64,000 nucleotides of DNA, taken from NCBI GenBank assembly GCA_965223855.1, contig CBDCXM010000009.1, forward strand, positions 1,856,001 to 1,920,000. The letters run 5' to 3'. How positions within the stretch are numbered: the stretch's first letter is position 1; every line of letters starts with the position of its first letter. Origin of the DNA: Candidatus Multivoradales bacterium. GTDB taxonomy: Bacteria; Acidobacteriota; Thermoanaerobaculia; Multivoradales; JAHEKO01. Of the stretch, positions 20,612 to 29,852 are shown one piece after another. The notes below the pieces were generated by a model. It did no database searches. It was not told the origin of the DNA and saw only the letters and a program-made list of their open reading frames with translations. The translations under genes were made by a program, and so were the position numbers.

Positions 20612-22270
20612 TCAGCCCTGATCGAGGCGCTCGAGGTTGGCGGCCGCCAGATCGTCGTCCGGTCGGATCTCGAGCGCCCGCTGCAACAGCTCTCGGGCCT
20701 CGTCCTCCTTGCCGGTTTCCATGAGCAGCACCGCGAGATCGTTGAGAGCGGCGGTGTGATCGGGAGAGCTCTCGAGAGCGGTCCGGAAATCGGCCTCCGC
20801 GCCGACGAGGTCGTCCGAAGCCATCCGGATCAGCGCGCGCAGGTAGTGGGCATCGGGGTGTCCCGGCGCCGCCTGCGTGAGCTGGTCGGCGAGCTGGGCC
20901 GCCTCGTCCTTGCGTTCGGCCATCAGCAACACTCGCCCCTCGACGAGCCGCGGCCGGATGTCTTCAGGGGCGAGTGCGGCCTCGCGCCGGGCGACACCGA
21001 GGGCGCGGTCGTACTCCTCCTCGGCGGCGAGTCGCATCGCTTCGCGGAGCTCACGGCCCGTCGGATCCTCGAGGTCTTTCTCGAGCTGAACACTTCGCAG
21101 GGAGGAGGGGACTTCCGAGGAGACGATCTTCTGGAAGCGATCGAGCGCTGCGCGAGCCTCGTCACGACGCCCTACCGCGGCGAGCGCCTGACCGAACTGG
21201 TGCCAGCTCTGCTTGTTCTCCGGTGTCATGCGGGTCGAAAGCTCGAGGTAGTCGAGCGCGTCCTCGTGCCGGCCTCCGGTGACGAGAAGCCTGCCGTACT
21301 CGAGGACGATCGAGGCCGCGATGCGCGGGTCGGGAGCCTGCCCCCCGGCGGCCAGGACCGGCTTGGCGAACGGCTCGAGCGTAGCCAGGGCTCCGTCGAG
21401 ATCGCCGCTCTGATAGCGCGCCTGGCCGAGCTGAAGCGCGACCGCTGGGTTGCTGCCGACCCAGCCGTCGAGCAGAGTCACCGCCTCCGCCGCCTGGCCG
21501 ACCGACGCCTGGGCGTCGGCGAGTGTGCGCCGGACATCGAGTGCCATGTTGTCCGGCGAGTCCTCCAGAAGCGGTTGCAGGGTGCCGATGGCTCCGAATG
21601 GATCGCCCTTCAGCAACAGCAGCTTGCCCCACAGCAGGCGGACCTGAGGGCGCTGCTGGGGGAGGTCGGAGAGCAGTGTCTCGGCATCGTTCGGCCGCTC
21701 GATCTGAAGTGCCGAGAGGGCGGCGATCAGGCGTGCGTCCTCGTCGTTCGGGGCGTTGCGAACCCAGGGCCTCAGAAGCAGGAACGCCTGCTCGTAGCGT
21801 CCGGCTCCTCCGTAGAGCATCCCCAGCTCCCGTGCGGCGGGACTTTGCGGCGAGAGCTCGACTGCACGTTGAAGGAAGGCCTCAGCCCTGGGGAAGTCTC
21901 TGAGGTTCAGTGCGGCACGTCCGGCGTTGTAGAGGAGGCCGGCATTGTCCGGTTGTGTCTCCGCCAAGGGTTCCAGAATCTCGAGCGCCTCAGCAGCGCG
22001 GCCCGTTTCCAGATAGAGCACTCCGAGAAGGCCGAGACCGCGATCGGGAATATCGCCGCGACCTCGAAGAGACTCGAGAGTGGAGATCGCCGCCGCCGTA
22101 TCTCCCTGCTCGAACTGGCGGGCAGCCTCGGCCGCAATCGCGATCGGGTCGGTCGCCTCTTCCGCTTCCTGAGCGCGCAGCGATGCCGGAGTGATCGGGA
22201 GCATTGCGGTCGCGACGGTCGCAGCGAGAGTGAGCCTGGCGAAAGAGGAACTGTCGAATCTCAGCTTCAT
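20612..22270 (-). CDS. Secreted tetratricopeptide repeat protein
   Basis: Start re-called at ATG 22270 (ATGA overlap). Signal peptide ending LRA-Q; continuous TPR repeats. Confidence 0.88.
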   Translation of the reverse strand: MKLRFDSSSFARLTLAATVATAMLPITPASLRAQEAEEATDPIAIAAEAARQFEQGDTAAAISTLESLRGRGDIPDRGLGLLGVLYLETGRAAEALEILEPLAETQPDNAGLLYNAGRAALNLRDFPRAEAFLQRAVELSPQSPAARELGMLYGGAGRYEQAFLLLRPWVRNAPNDEDARLIAALSALQIERPNDAETLLSDLPQQRPQVRLLWGKLLLLKGDPFGAIGTLQPLLEDSPDNMALDVRRTLADAQASVGQAAEAVTLLDGWVGSNPAVALQLGQARYQSGDLDGALATLEPFAKPVLAAGGQAPDPRIAASIVLEYGRLLVTGGRHEDALDYLELSTRMTPENKQSWHQFGQALAAVGRRDEARAALDRFQKIVSSEVPSSLRSVQLEKDLEDPTGRELREAMRLAAEEEYDRALGVARREAALAPEDIRPRLVEGRVLLMAERKDEAAQLADQLTQAAPGHPDAHYLRALIRMASDDLVGAEADFRTALESSPDHTAALNDLAVLLMETGKEDEARELLQRALEIRPDDDLAAANLERLDQG

Positions 22271-24528
22271 GGTAGGGAACTCCGGTGTGCCCGGTGCGCG
22301 GCCGAGGAGGTCCGACCGAGCGAGAGCTTTGGGATTTCGAGGGGTTCGAGTACGGCGGCGCCCTGGCGGGCGAGGTAGAAGCGATCGGGTTGGACTCCGG
22401 GAAACGTCTGAGCAGCGGTAGTGCCCGGCCACCGGACCTCCACCGAGTCTATCGAGATTGCGTCACCCAGGCCGACTTCGAGTTGCAGACTCGAGCCGCC
22501 GAAGGAGCCGCCCGTGCCGACGATTCGGTGGACGCTTCGTGCACCGGCAGGGGAGCTGAGGTGGACGGTGACTCGAGCGCCGATGGCGAAGCGATTGGCA
22601 CCGTCACCATGGAAGCGCAGTACCAGCCATCTGCTCTCGGTTCCGGGGTTCTCGTAGAGAACGTTCGCGTAGGCGTCGTACGGGTAGGCCCCGCCCATCT
22701 GTTCGAACACGTCCTGGTCGCCGTCGTTGTCGATGTCGGCGAAGGCGACGCCATGCCCCTTCTGAAGATGGCCGAAACCGAACTCGAAGGTCACCTCCTC
22801 GAAGGCCCGGCCTTCCAGATTGCGGTAGAGAGCGTTGGGGAGGATCGCCCCGAAGTTCGGGAGTCCGGTTCCGAGGTAGAAATCGAGCCAGCCGTCGTTG
22901 TCCAGGTCGCCGAAGTTTGCGCCCATGGGGAGCAGCGGGCGGGTCAGGCCGGTCGAACGAGCGACCTCGGTAAAGCGTCCTCCGTCATTGCGGTAGAGCA
23001 GCGGATGTCCGGTCGGGACGACGATGTCGAAGTAGGAGGCGGCGACCTGGTCGAAGGGCGTTCCGTAGTCGGCAGCGAACAGATCCAGGTCGCCGTCGTT
23101 GTCGTAGTCGAAGAACCAGGTCGGGAAGCTGCCCTCGGGTTCTGTGACTCCGAGTTCGACGGCGACGTCGACGAATCCGCGTTCCCGGTCGTTCCTGTAG
23201 AGGCGGTTGGCGCCGAAGTTGGAGACGTAGAGATCAGGGTCACCGTCGTCGTCGTAGTCACCCCATGCGACGCCTTTCGCAAAACGCTGGTTCTGCACGC
23301 CGACCGCGCGGGCTACGTCGGTGAATGTGCCGTCGCCATTGTTGCGGAAGAGCTGCGAGGGGTATGGCTTTCCCACTCGTCCTATCAGGGTGGTCGGGTC
23401 GGCTGACCCGGACGGCGACTCATTGCCGACATAGAGATCCAGATCGCCGTCGAGGTCGAAGTCCGCCCAGGCTGCCGTTTGAGTGGGATAGGCGGGATGG
23501 GCGACTCCCGCTGCGGACGTCACGTCGACGAACCGCCCCGCATCGGTCCGGAGCTCGTTGCGCAGGAGTGAGTTCCTGATCCTTCCACCTTCGCCCCACC
23601 AGGCGCCGCGTAACACGAGAAGGTCGATGTGACCGTCGCCGTCGTAGTCGGCCTGCACGAGGTTGAGTCCACCGTACTGGCTGTCGAGGCCCCAGTCGGA
23701 CGAGACATCGAGGAACGTTCCGTCGCCGTTGTTGCGATACGCCTTCATCGCGGCGCAGGGATCGAGGGTGGAGCTGACGATGTCGAGCAGTCCGTCACCG
23801 TCGAAGTCGTCGATGGCAGCTCCTCCCGCGAGGTCGAAGGCATCGACCCCCAGGAGTGGAGCGATGTTGACCCAGTCCCTCTCGGTTTGGTTGAGAATCA
23901 TGTCCTCGCGAAGCCGGGCCGAAGCCGGCACTCCCTCGGGAAACTGGCCGGCGATGGCGCGAGACACGTTGAGCAACCAGCGCGCAGCATGGTCGCTGGG
24001 ATACTCGTTGACGAGAGAGGCGTAGAGGTCTCCCGCTCGGCGGGCCGGGAGCGGGTCACGATGCACGGCTTCCGGAGACAGCGGCAGAATGCAGCTCGCC
24101 GCGTTGTGGTCGTCGACGCAGTTCGCCGCCTCACCCTGTATCAGGTGACTGATCGCCAGGTTCGAAACCACCCATCGCCTGAGTTCGCGTTCCTCAGGCG
24201 TGGTCGCCCCTTCGAGCAGAGTTCTCGCTTTCAGGAGGGCCTCGACCGCCTCTTCGAGTCGCCCGAGTCTGATGAACTCCTGACCGAGTTGCGCCCGCAT
24301 CAGCGCCTCCTGCCGGGGCGCCGGACCTGCCTCGAGTCGCTCCTCGATGAGGGACACGATGCGCCGACCGAAGTACGGGTTGGAGACCTGGAGGTCCTTG
24401 CAGATTCGCTCGAACTCCGCGGCGTTCGCAGGGAACGCCGGCCTCGCCTCCGGCACCGATGGGGCAGTGGTCAGCAGGGCGACCAGGAGGGCGGGAAGGG
24501 CGGGCGCCAGGCTCATCTGACGGATCAT
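22267..24528 (-). CDS. CRTAC1/ASPIC-UnbV family protein with N-terminal TPR/Cys-His region (subfamily C)
   Basis: NCVDDHNAASCILPL, FG-GAP repeats, GHLQKGHGV, GGSFGGSSLQLEVGLG. Start 24528 or 24516. Confidence 0.88.
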   Translation of the reverse strand: MIRQMSLAPALPALLVALLTTAPSVPEARPAFPANAAEFERICKDLQVSNPYFGRRIVSLIEERLEAGPAPRQEALMRAQLGQEFIRLGRLEEAVEALLKARTLLEGATTPEERELRRWVVSNLAISHLIQGEAANCVDDHNAASCILPLSPEAVHRDPLPARRAGDLYASLVNEYPSDHAARWLLNVSRAIAGQFPEGVPASARLREDMILNQTERDWVNIAPLLGVDAFDLAGGAAIDDFDGDGLLDIVSSTLDPCAAMKAYRNNGDGTFLDVSSDWGLDSQYGGLNLVQADYDGDGHIDLLVLRGAWWGEGGRIRNSLLRNELRTDAGRFVDVTSAAGVAHPAYPTQTAAWADFDLDGDLDLYVGNESPSGSADPTTLIGRVGKPYPSQLFRNNGDGTFTDVARAVGVQNQRFAKGVAWGDYDDDGDPDLYVSNFGANRLYRNDRERGFVDVAVELGVTEPEGSFPTWFFDYDNDGDLDLFAADYGTPFDQVAASYFDIVVPTGHPLLYRNDGGRFTEVARSTGLTRPLLPMGANFGDLDNDGWLDFYLGTGLPNFGAILPNALYRNLEGRAFEEVTFEFGFGHLQKGHGVAFADIDNDGDQDVFEQMGGAYPYDAYANVLYENPGTESRWLVLRFHGDGANRFAIGARVTVHLSSPAGARSVHRIVGTGGSFGGSSLQLEVGLGDAISIDSVEVRWPGTTAAQTFPGVQPDRFYLARQGAAVLEPLEIPKLSLGRTSSAAHRAHRSSLP

Positions 24529-24695
24529 AGGCCGAAGCGACCGGCTCTGCCGGAGCGGGTCGCACGCCGGGCATCCGATACGGTTGGCGGGCAGGAGAGG
24601 GTCTCGCCGCTTACGGTATCCTCGTCGCTGACTGCGGCTGCGACGAGCCGACGTATGAAGGTCGCCGTCGCGGTGGTGGCTTGTTCGCTCATCCA

Positions 24696-27290
24696 ATGAG
24701 GCTTCGTTCTCTCGGTCCGCCGGGGCTTCTCGCTGCGGTCGGTTTCGTTCTCGTCAACGCGACAGCGCGCGGTGACGTTCCCGGCGTGGCAGAAGCCGAG
24801 CGCCGGCTCGAGGACGGCGACAGCTCTCGAGCCGAGCTGCTCTTCGCTGAGGCCGCACGAGAAGGGCTGACCACCCGCATCGTCGATGGCTGGGTGCGCT
24901 CGGTGCTGGTTCAGGGGCGGATCGAGGAAGCGGTCGACCTGGCGAAAGCACTGGCGGAGGAGGCAGGGGAGAGGGAGCAGTGGCACATCTCGGCTGCCGC
25001 CCTGGAAGCGGTAGCTGAATCGAGAGTGGCGAACGGCGCTCTACACGCCGAGTTCGGTGTGTTTCTGGCGCTTGCCGAACGGTACAGAGACGCCGTCGAT
25101 GCGCTCGAGAAGGCCAGGGACGCGGGGCTCGACCGCCTCGACGTGGGCTTCTACCTCGGGTCCGCATTGTGGGAAGTCGGCAAGCCGGCTGAGGCGCTCG
25201 AGATCTTCGAATCGGCGCTCGACCGCCACGGCAGGCATCCGGCTCTTCTCGGCCAGTACGGCCGGTTGCTCGTCTGGTCGGGGAAGTTCGCAGAGGCGGT
25301 CGAGCCGCTCTCGGCAGCTGCGAGGGCTCGTCCCGGCGACGTCACCGTCAGGATCGATCTGGCGCGGGCTCTCGATGGAGCGGGTGAGACAGAGCGCGCC
25401 CTCGCTGAGTACACGCGAGCGGTCGCCCTCGCACCGGCACATGGCGAGTTGCGCTACCAGCTCGCTCGACTCGCGCGCGCCACCGGACGTGACGAGAGGG
25501 CGCTCCAGGAACTCGAAACCTACCGCCACCTCTATCGCGAGGAGCAGGCGCGGGTACGTCGCGAAGGATTGGCAGCTCTCGTCTCCCCTGGCGAGGAGCG
25601 GAGGAGCGTGGAGGGGGAGGCGACCCCCCCCGGCGCCGCCGGTGAAGCCCTCAAGCCGGGGATCGACGGCGAATGCGAGATCCGGCTCCACGACGTCGCT
25701 CCCGACGTCGGTCTCGACTTCGTCCACGATCGCGGTACCTCGCCGGCGCGGCACCTGCCGGAGACAATGGGTGCCGGGCTCTCGTGGCTCGACTTCGACG
25801 GCGACGGCTGGCTGGATCTTTACGCCGTCGATTCAGGCTCGCTCATCGGAGAGGGTCGCCCTCCCGACCGGCTGTACCGCAATCTCGGAGACGGCCGTTT
25901 CGAGGACGTCAGCGAAAGGGCGCGAACCGGCGGTGGGGCGGTCGGAGAGGTTGGCGGCCCCGGTATCGGCCACGGTGCCGGTCCTGGCGTCGGACAGGGC
26001 AGTCTGGCGGCGGACTTCGACGGCGACGGCGACGTCGACCTCTATCTCAGCAACTTCGGCCCGGACGAGCTTCTGCGCAACGACGGCCGCGGCGGCTTCG
26101 AACCGCTTCCGGTGACGGCTTCCGGCTCGGGCGCGGCCGGCTCCGCCGGATGGAGTTCGTCGGCCGCCGCCGCCGATCTCGACGGCGACGGCGATCTCGA
26201 TCTCTACGTCACCGGCTACCTCGACTATGCGCTCGATCACGGGCTCGACTGCCGCGATCGCCGGACGGGGGAGAAGCGCTACTGCGACCCTTCCCTCTTC
26301 GAGGGGGGTGCCGACCGGCTGCTCCTCGGAGACGGTGCAGGCGGATTCGAGGACGCGAGCGCCGCGGTCGAGCCCACGACCGGTGCCGGCAGAGGGCTGG
26401 GGGTCGTCCTCGTCGATCTGGATGGTGATCGCGACGCCGAAATCTACGTTGCCAACGACCTGACCCTCAACTTCCTGTTCGAAAACCTCGACGAGGGAAC
26501 GTTCGGCGACGCGACGCTGCTGTCCGGCACGGCGGTCAACGCGAACGGGCGCCCCGAGGCGGGGATGGGGGTTGCGGTTGCCGATGTCGACTCGGATCTC
26601 GATCCCGATCTCGCGGTCACCAACTTCGATGTCGAGACGAACACGCTCTACGAGAACGGCGGTCGTCTCGGCTTCGAGGACGTCTCGGCGACCTCGGGAT
26701 TCGGGGTCCCCTCGTTCAATCGGCTCGCCTTCGGCATCACCGCTTCCGATCTCGACTTCGACGGCGACCTCGACTACTACGTCGCCAACGGACACATCTT
26801 CGAACAGCCGGGACGCGACGATGTCGACTTCGCCCAGCCCGACCAGATCTTCGTCGGCGACGGTGCCGGCCGCTTCGAGGCCGTCGACTGCTTCCGACCG
26901 CGACCGACCGTCGCGCGCGGTCTCGCCCGAGCGGACTACGACCGGGACGGCGACGACGACATCGCCGTCCACGAGAACGGCGGGCCGCTTGGCCTTTTCC
27001 GCAACGAGGGGGCGGCCGAGCGCTGGCGGGGAGTGTCGCTGCGTGGCAGGGGCCGCAATCGCGGCGCGATCGGCGCCGTCGTCACTCTGAGGACCGACTC
27101 AGGGGACGCGCGGCGTTGGGTCGTGGCCGGTGACAGCTACCAGTCCTCGGGAGACCCGGCCGTCCTGCTCCATCCGGCGGAGGGAAGCGAGGTCCGATCA
27201 CTCGATGTCGAGTGGCCGCTCCGCGGCATGACTCGGATCGTCCATCCTCCGATGGGGCGATATCTGGTGCTCCCCGAGCAGGAGGAGTAG
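24696..27290 (+). CDS. TPR-CRTAC1 fusion protein
   Basis: Signal peptide, ~280 aa TPR region, then HLPETMGAG, FG-GAP repeats, YCDP, PEAGMG and GDSYQSS. Confidence 0.88.
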   Translation: MRLRSLGPPGLLAAVGFVLVNATARGDVPGVAEAERRLEDGDSSRAELLFAEAAREGLTTRIVDGWVRSVLVQGRIEEAVDLAKALAEEAGEREQWHISAAALEAVAESRVANGALHAEFGVFLALAERYRDAVDALEKARDAGLDRLDVGFYLGSALWEVGKPAEALEIFESALDRHGRHPALLGQYGRLLVWSGKFAEAVEPLSAAARARPGDVTVRIDLARALDGAGETERALAEYTRAVALAPAHGELRYQLARLARATGRDERALQELETYRHLYREEQARVRREGLAALVSPGEERRSVEGEATPPGAAGEALKPGIDGECEIRLHDVAPDVGLDFVHDRGTSPARHLPETMGAGLSWLDFDGDGWLDLYAVDSGSLIGEGRPPDRLYRNLGDGRFEDVSERARTGGGAVGEVGGPGIGHGAGPGVGQGSLAADFDGDGDVDLYLSNFGPDELLRNDGRGGFEPLPVTASGSGAAGSAGWSSSAAAADLDGDGDLDLYVTGYLDYALDHGLDCRDRRTGEKRYCDPSLFEGGADRLLLGDGAGGFEDASAAVEPTTGAGRGLGVVLVDLDGDRDAEIYVANDLTLNFLFENLDEGTFGDATLLSGTAVNANGRPEAGMGVAVADVDSDLDPDLAVTNFDVETNTLYENGGRLGFEDVSATSGFGVPSFNRLAFGITASDLDFDGDLDYYVANGHIFEQPGRDDVDFAQPDQIFVGDGAGRFEAVDCFRPRPTVARGLARADYDRDGDDDIAVHENGGPLGLFRNEGAAERWRGVSLRGRGRNRGAIGAVVTLRTDSGDARRWVVAGDSYQSSGDPAVLLHPAEGSEVRSLDVEWPLRGMTRIVHPPMGRYLVLPEQEE

Positions 27291-27598
27291 CGTAGGGAAG
27301 CCGATGGGAGGGGTTGTCACCCCCGTACTGCGCCCCTTCCCGCAAGGCCGATCGCTGTTGAATCTGCGCACCGCCGTTCTTCCGGGTAGGACGGCAAGTT
27401 GAGTTCGTCAGCGCGAGCGGCCGCCCTCGCTGGGCGTCGACCGCTGATGTCCCCTTCTCGAGTGAAGGCATCTCGAACACGTGGCTGCTTCGAGAAGGGC
27501 CTCCAGGAGGGACTTCCTACCTGGAAGCCGTTCTCGTGGAAGAAGCACACGCCGGTTACGGTGTTCTCCGCACCGACCGCCTCAAACAGCGGGTCGGC

Positions 27599-29593
27599 TC
27601 AGCCCGCCTCTTCGATCTCCATCAGCGTGTTGATCCCGAGTCCCTCGGTCACGGTCTGCACGGTCCCGGAAGGCCAGGTGACCTCGACCCTGTCGATCGT
27701 GTCGTGCTCTCCCAGCCCGAAGTAGAGCGGCAGGCCGGCACTCTGGGACAGGTACCCCGACTTGCCGTCGTGGTAGCGCAGGTAGACGTCGTCGCCGGCA
27801 AAGACCTTCACCCAGGCGCCGAGGCCGTCACGGTTGGACGCGGTGCCGACCAGTCGGACCTCGAGGTACCGCAGATCGAGCGCCTCTGAGAGGTCGCTCA
27901 CGAGGACCTGCGGCACGTCGTAGAACTCGTTGGTCACGATGTCGAGGTCGCCGTCCCCCTCCAGGTCGAGGACGACAGAGGAACGGGTCCCGAGCGTGCC
28001 GGTGACGACGACCGGTCCCTCTCTGCCTTCGCAGTCCTGATGCTCTACGTCCTCGCCGGAACAGTCGAGCTCGAACCAGTCGATGCGGTAGCGGCCGTCG
28101 CGCCGCGGCTCGACCCCGAGAATGAACTCGCTGTCGACGAACCGCCGCCCGCGGTCGTTGAGGAGCAGCGAGTTGACGCCGTAGCGGAACGGGAAGCTCA
28201 TGCTGGAAGCGATGAACATGTCCTCCCAGCCGTCGGCGTTGAGGTCGGCGGCGGAGAGGCCCCACGGCCAGTAGTTCTCGGCGCCGACCGGGTCGGAGAT
28301 CTCCCGGTACGAGCCGTCTTCGTTCCGCTCCCAGAAGGCGTTGCCGAAGATGTTGTTCGAGCCGTCCTGGAGGTGGTCGTCGCTCCACAACATGACCGAC
28401 TTCAGGTGCTCCTCGCTCGGCCCGACTTCGCGGCTCATGTCGGAGTGCATGTCGGTGATGACGAGGTCGAGCTGCTGATCCCTGTTCCAGTCGAAGAACT
28501 GGATTCCCATGGCCCCCCAGGGATTCCGGGGGAAGACCTCGGCGGTGCGCTCGACGTAGCGGACGCCTCCGTCGGCGTCGATCTCGCTCTCGAAGTAACG
28601 GTCGTCACCCTGCATGTTGAGGACGTAGACGTCGGGATGGCCGTCGGCGTCGAGGTCGGCGAAGCTCGCATCGCCGCTCCAGCCGGGGTCGACGAGGCCG
28701 GTCGCTTCGGTGACGTCCTCGAAGCGGAGGTCGCCGAGGTTGCGGTAGAGCGTGCTCGTCTCGGTCCGTTCCGGGAAGAGGTGGCCGCTGAAGGCGTCGA
28801 TGCGCGCCACGTACTGTCCGTCGGGCCCGATCCGGTCGTGGGTGTAGACGCCGACGTTGGTGACGAAGAGGTCGAGCAGCCCGTCGAGGTCGTAGTCGAG
28901 GAAGATCGCACCAGACGAGTGCTTGTCGTCCAGGAGGCCCGCCGCCTCGGCGACGTCGGTGAAGCGGCCCTTGCCGTCGTTGGCGAACAGCAGATTGCCC
29001 TGACGGACGGTGGTCACGAAGAGGTCCTGGTCGCCGTCGTTGTCCACATCGGCGAAGCTGGCCCCGATCGAGATGCGGTCGGCGACGGCGACTCCGGCGG
29101 TAGCGGTGACGTTCTCGAATCGGCCCTCCCCGAGGTTGCGCCACAGCTCGTTCTCGCCCGCCTGGGTGACGAAGTAGAGATCGAGCCGGCCGTCGCCGTC
29201 GACGTCGGCGGTCGCGACGCCGTTGCCGTGGTCGTAGTGGGAGGCCTTGAGGTTCTTGCGGTTGTCGTCCGTGATCAGGTTGCGGAAGGTGATGCCGCTC
29301 TCGGGCTGCCGATCGGTGTAGCGGAAGCCGTAGGGGACCGAGAAGCTGGTGGCCGTCTCGAGCTGCTCCTTCGCCCGCGTCTCGAGCGTCGAATAGCCGA
29401 CGTCCTCCGGAGGCACGTGGGCGATCGTCGGTGCTGAGGCCGCTGCTTCGGGGACCTCGGCCTCCGCCGTCTCCTGGGCCTGAGACGGCGCGGACACGGC
29501 GAGGAGCGAGGCGGTGAGGACGCCGGTCAGCATCTGCCGGGAGGGGTGGCGGGCGGACGTGTTTCCGGTTCGACTCCGGTGAGCGGCAATCAT
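27599..29593 (-). CDS. CRTAC1/ASPIC-UnbV family protein (subfamily A)
   Basis: HYDHGNG, NMQGDD, TDMHSDMS, GAENYWPWG, HDGKSGYLSQS. ATG 29593 with GGGAG RBS. Confidence 0.9.
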   Translation of the reverse strand: MIAAHRSRTGNTSARHPSRQMLTGVLTASLLAVSAPSQAQETAEAEVPEAAASAPTIAHVPPEDVGYSTLETRAKEQLETATSFSVPYGFRYTDRQPESGITFRNLITDDNRKNLKASHYDHGNGVATADVDGDGRLDLYFVTQAGENELWRNLGEGRFENVTATAGVAVADRISIGASFADVDNDGDQDLFVTTVRQGNLLFANDGKGRFTDVAEAAGLLDDKHSSGAIFLDYDLDGLLDLFVTNVGVYTHDRIGPDGQYVARIDAFSGHLFPERTETSTLYRNLGDLRFEDVTEATGLVDPGWSGDASFADLDADGHPDVYVLNMQGDDRYFESEIDADGGVRYVERTAEVFPRNPWGAMGIQFFDWNRDQQLDLVITDMHSDMSREVGPSEEHLKSVMLWSDDHLQDGSNNIFGNAFWERNEDGSYREISDPVGAENYWPWGLSAADLNADGWEDMFIASSMSFPFRYGVNSLLLNDRGRRFVDSEFILGVEPRRDGRYRIDWFELDCSGEDVEHQDCEGREGPVVVTGTLGTRSSVVLDLEGDGDLDIVTNEFYDVPQVLVSDLSEALDLRYLEVRLVGTASNRDGLGAWVKVFAGDDVYLRYHDGKSGYLSQSAGLPLYFGLGEHDTIDRVEVTWPSGTVQTVTEGLGINTLMEIEEAG

Positions 29594-29852
29594 GGGGTGA
29601 CTCCCGTGGGACGTTCTGAACGTTGGGTGGAGCTTGTGGGTCGGAAGTTGCTCAGCGCCGAGAGCGCCGTTTCCGGGTGAAACCCCGACGGGCTTGGGGG
29701 GATTCCAGCGTAGCATCCCGGTGTGGCGCCGTGGAGGGGGAATCGCCGGGAAGAGGCAGGGCTCGCGGGCGCGTTAGGATGTCCGAACCCTGCCTCACGT
29801 CTTGCCATCGGGCCGGAATCGGCCCTCCAAATCTCCTCGGAGGATCTACACC

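Noticed and set aside
25953-26000. 24-bp tandem duplication (GGPGIGHG/AGPGVGQG) in the TPR-CRTAC1 fusion
   Set aside because: An in-frame, degenerate Gly-rich loop expansion with no evidence of a separate function.
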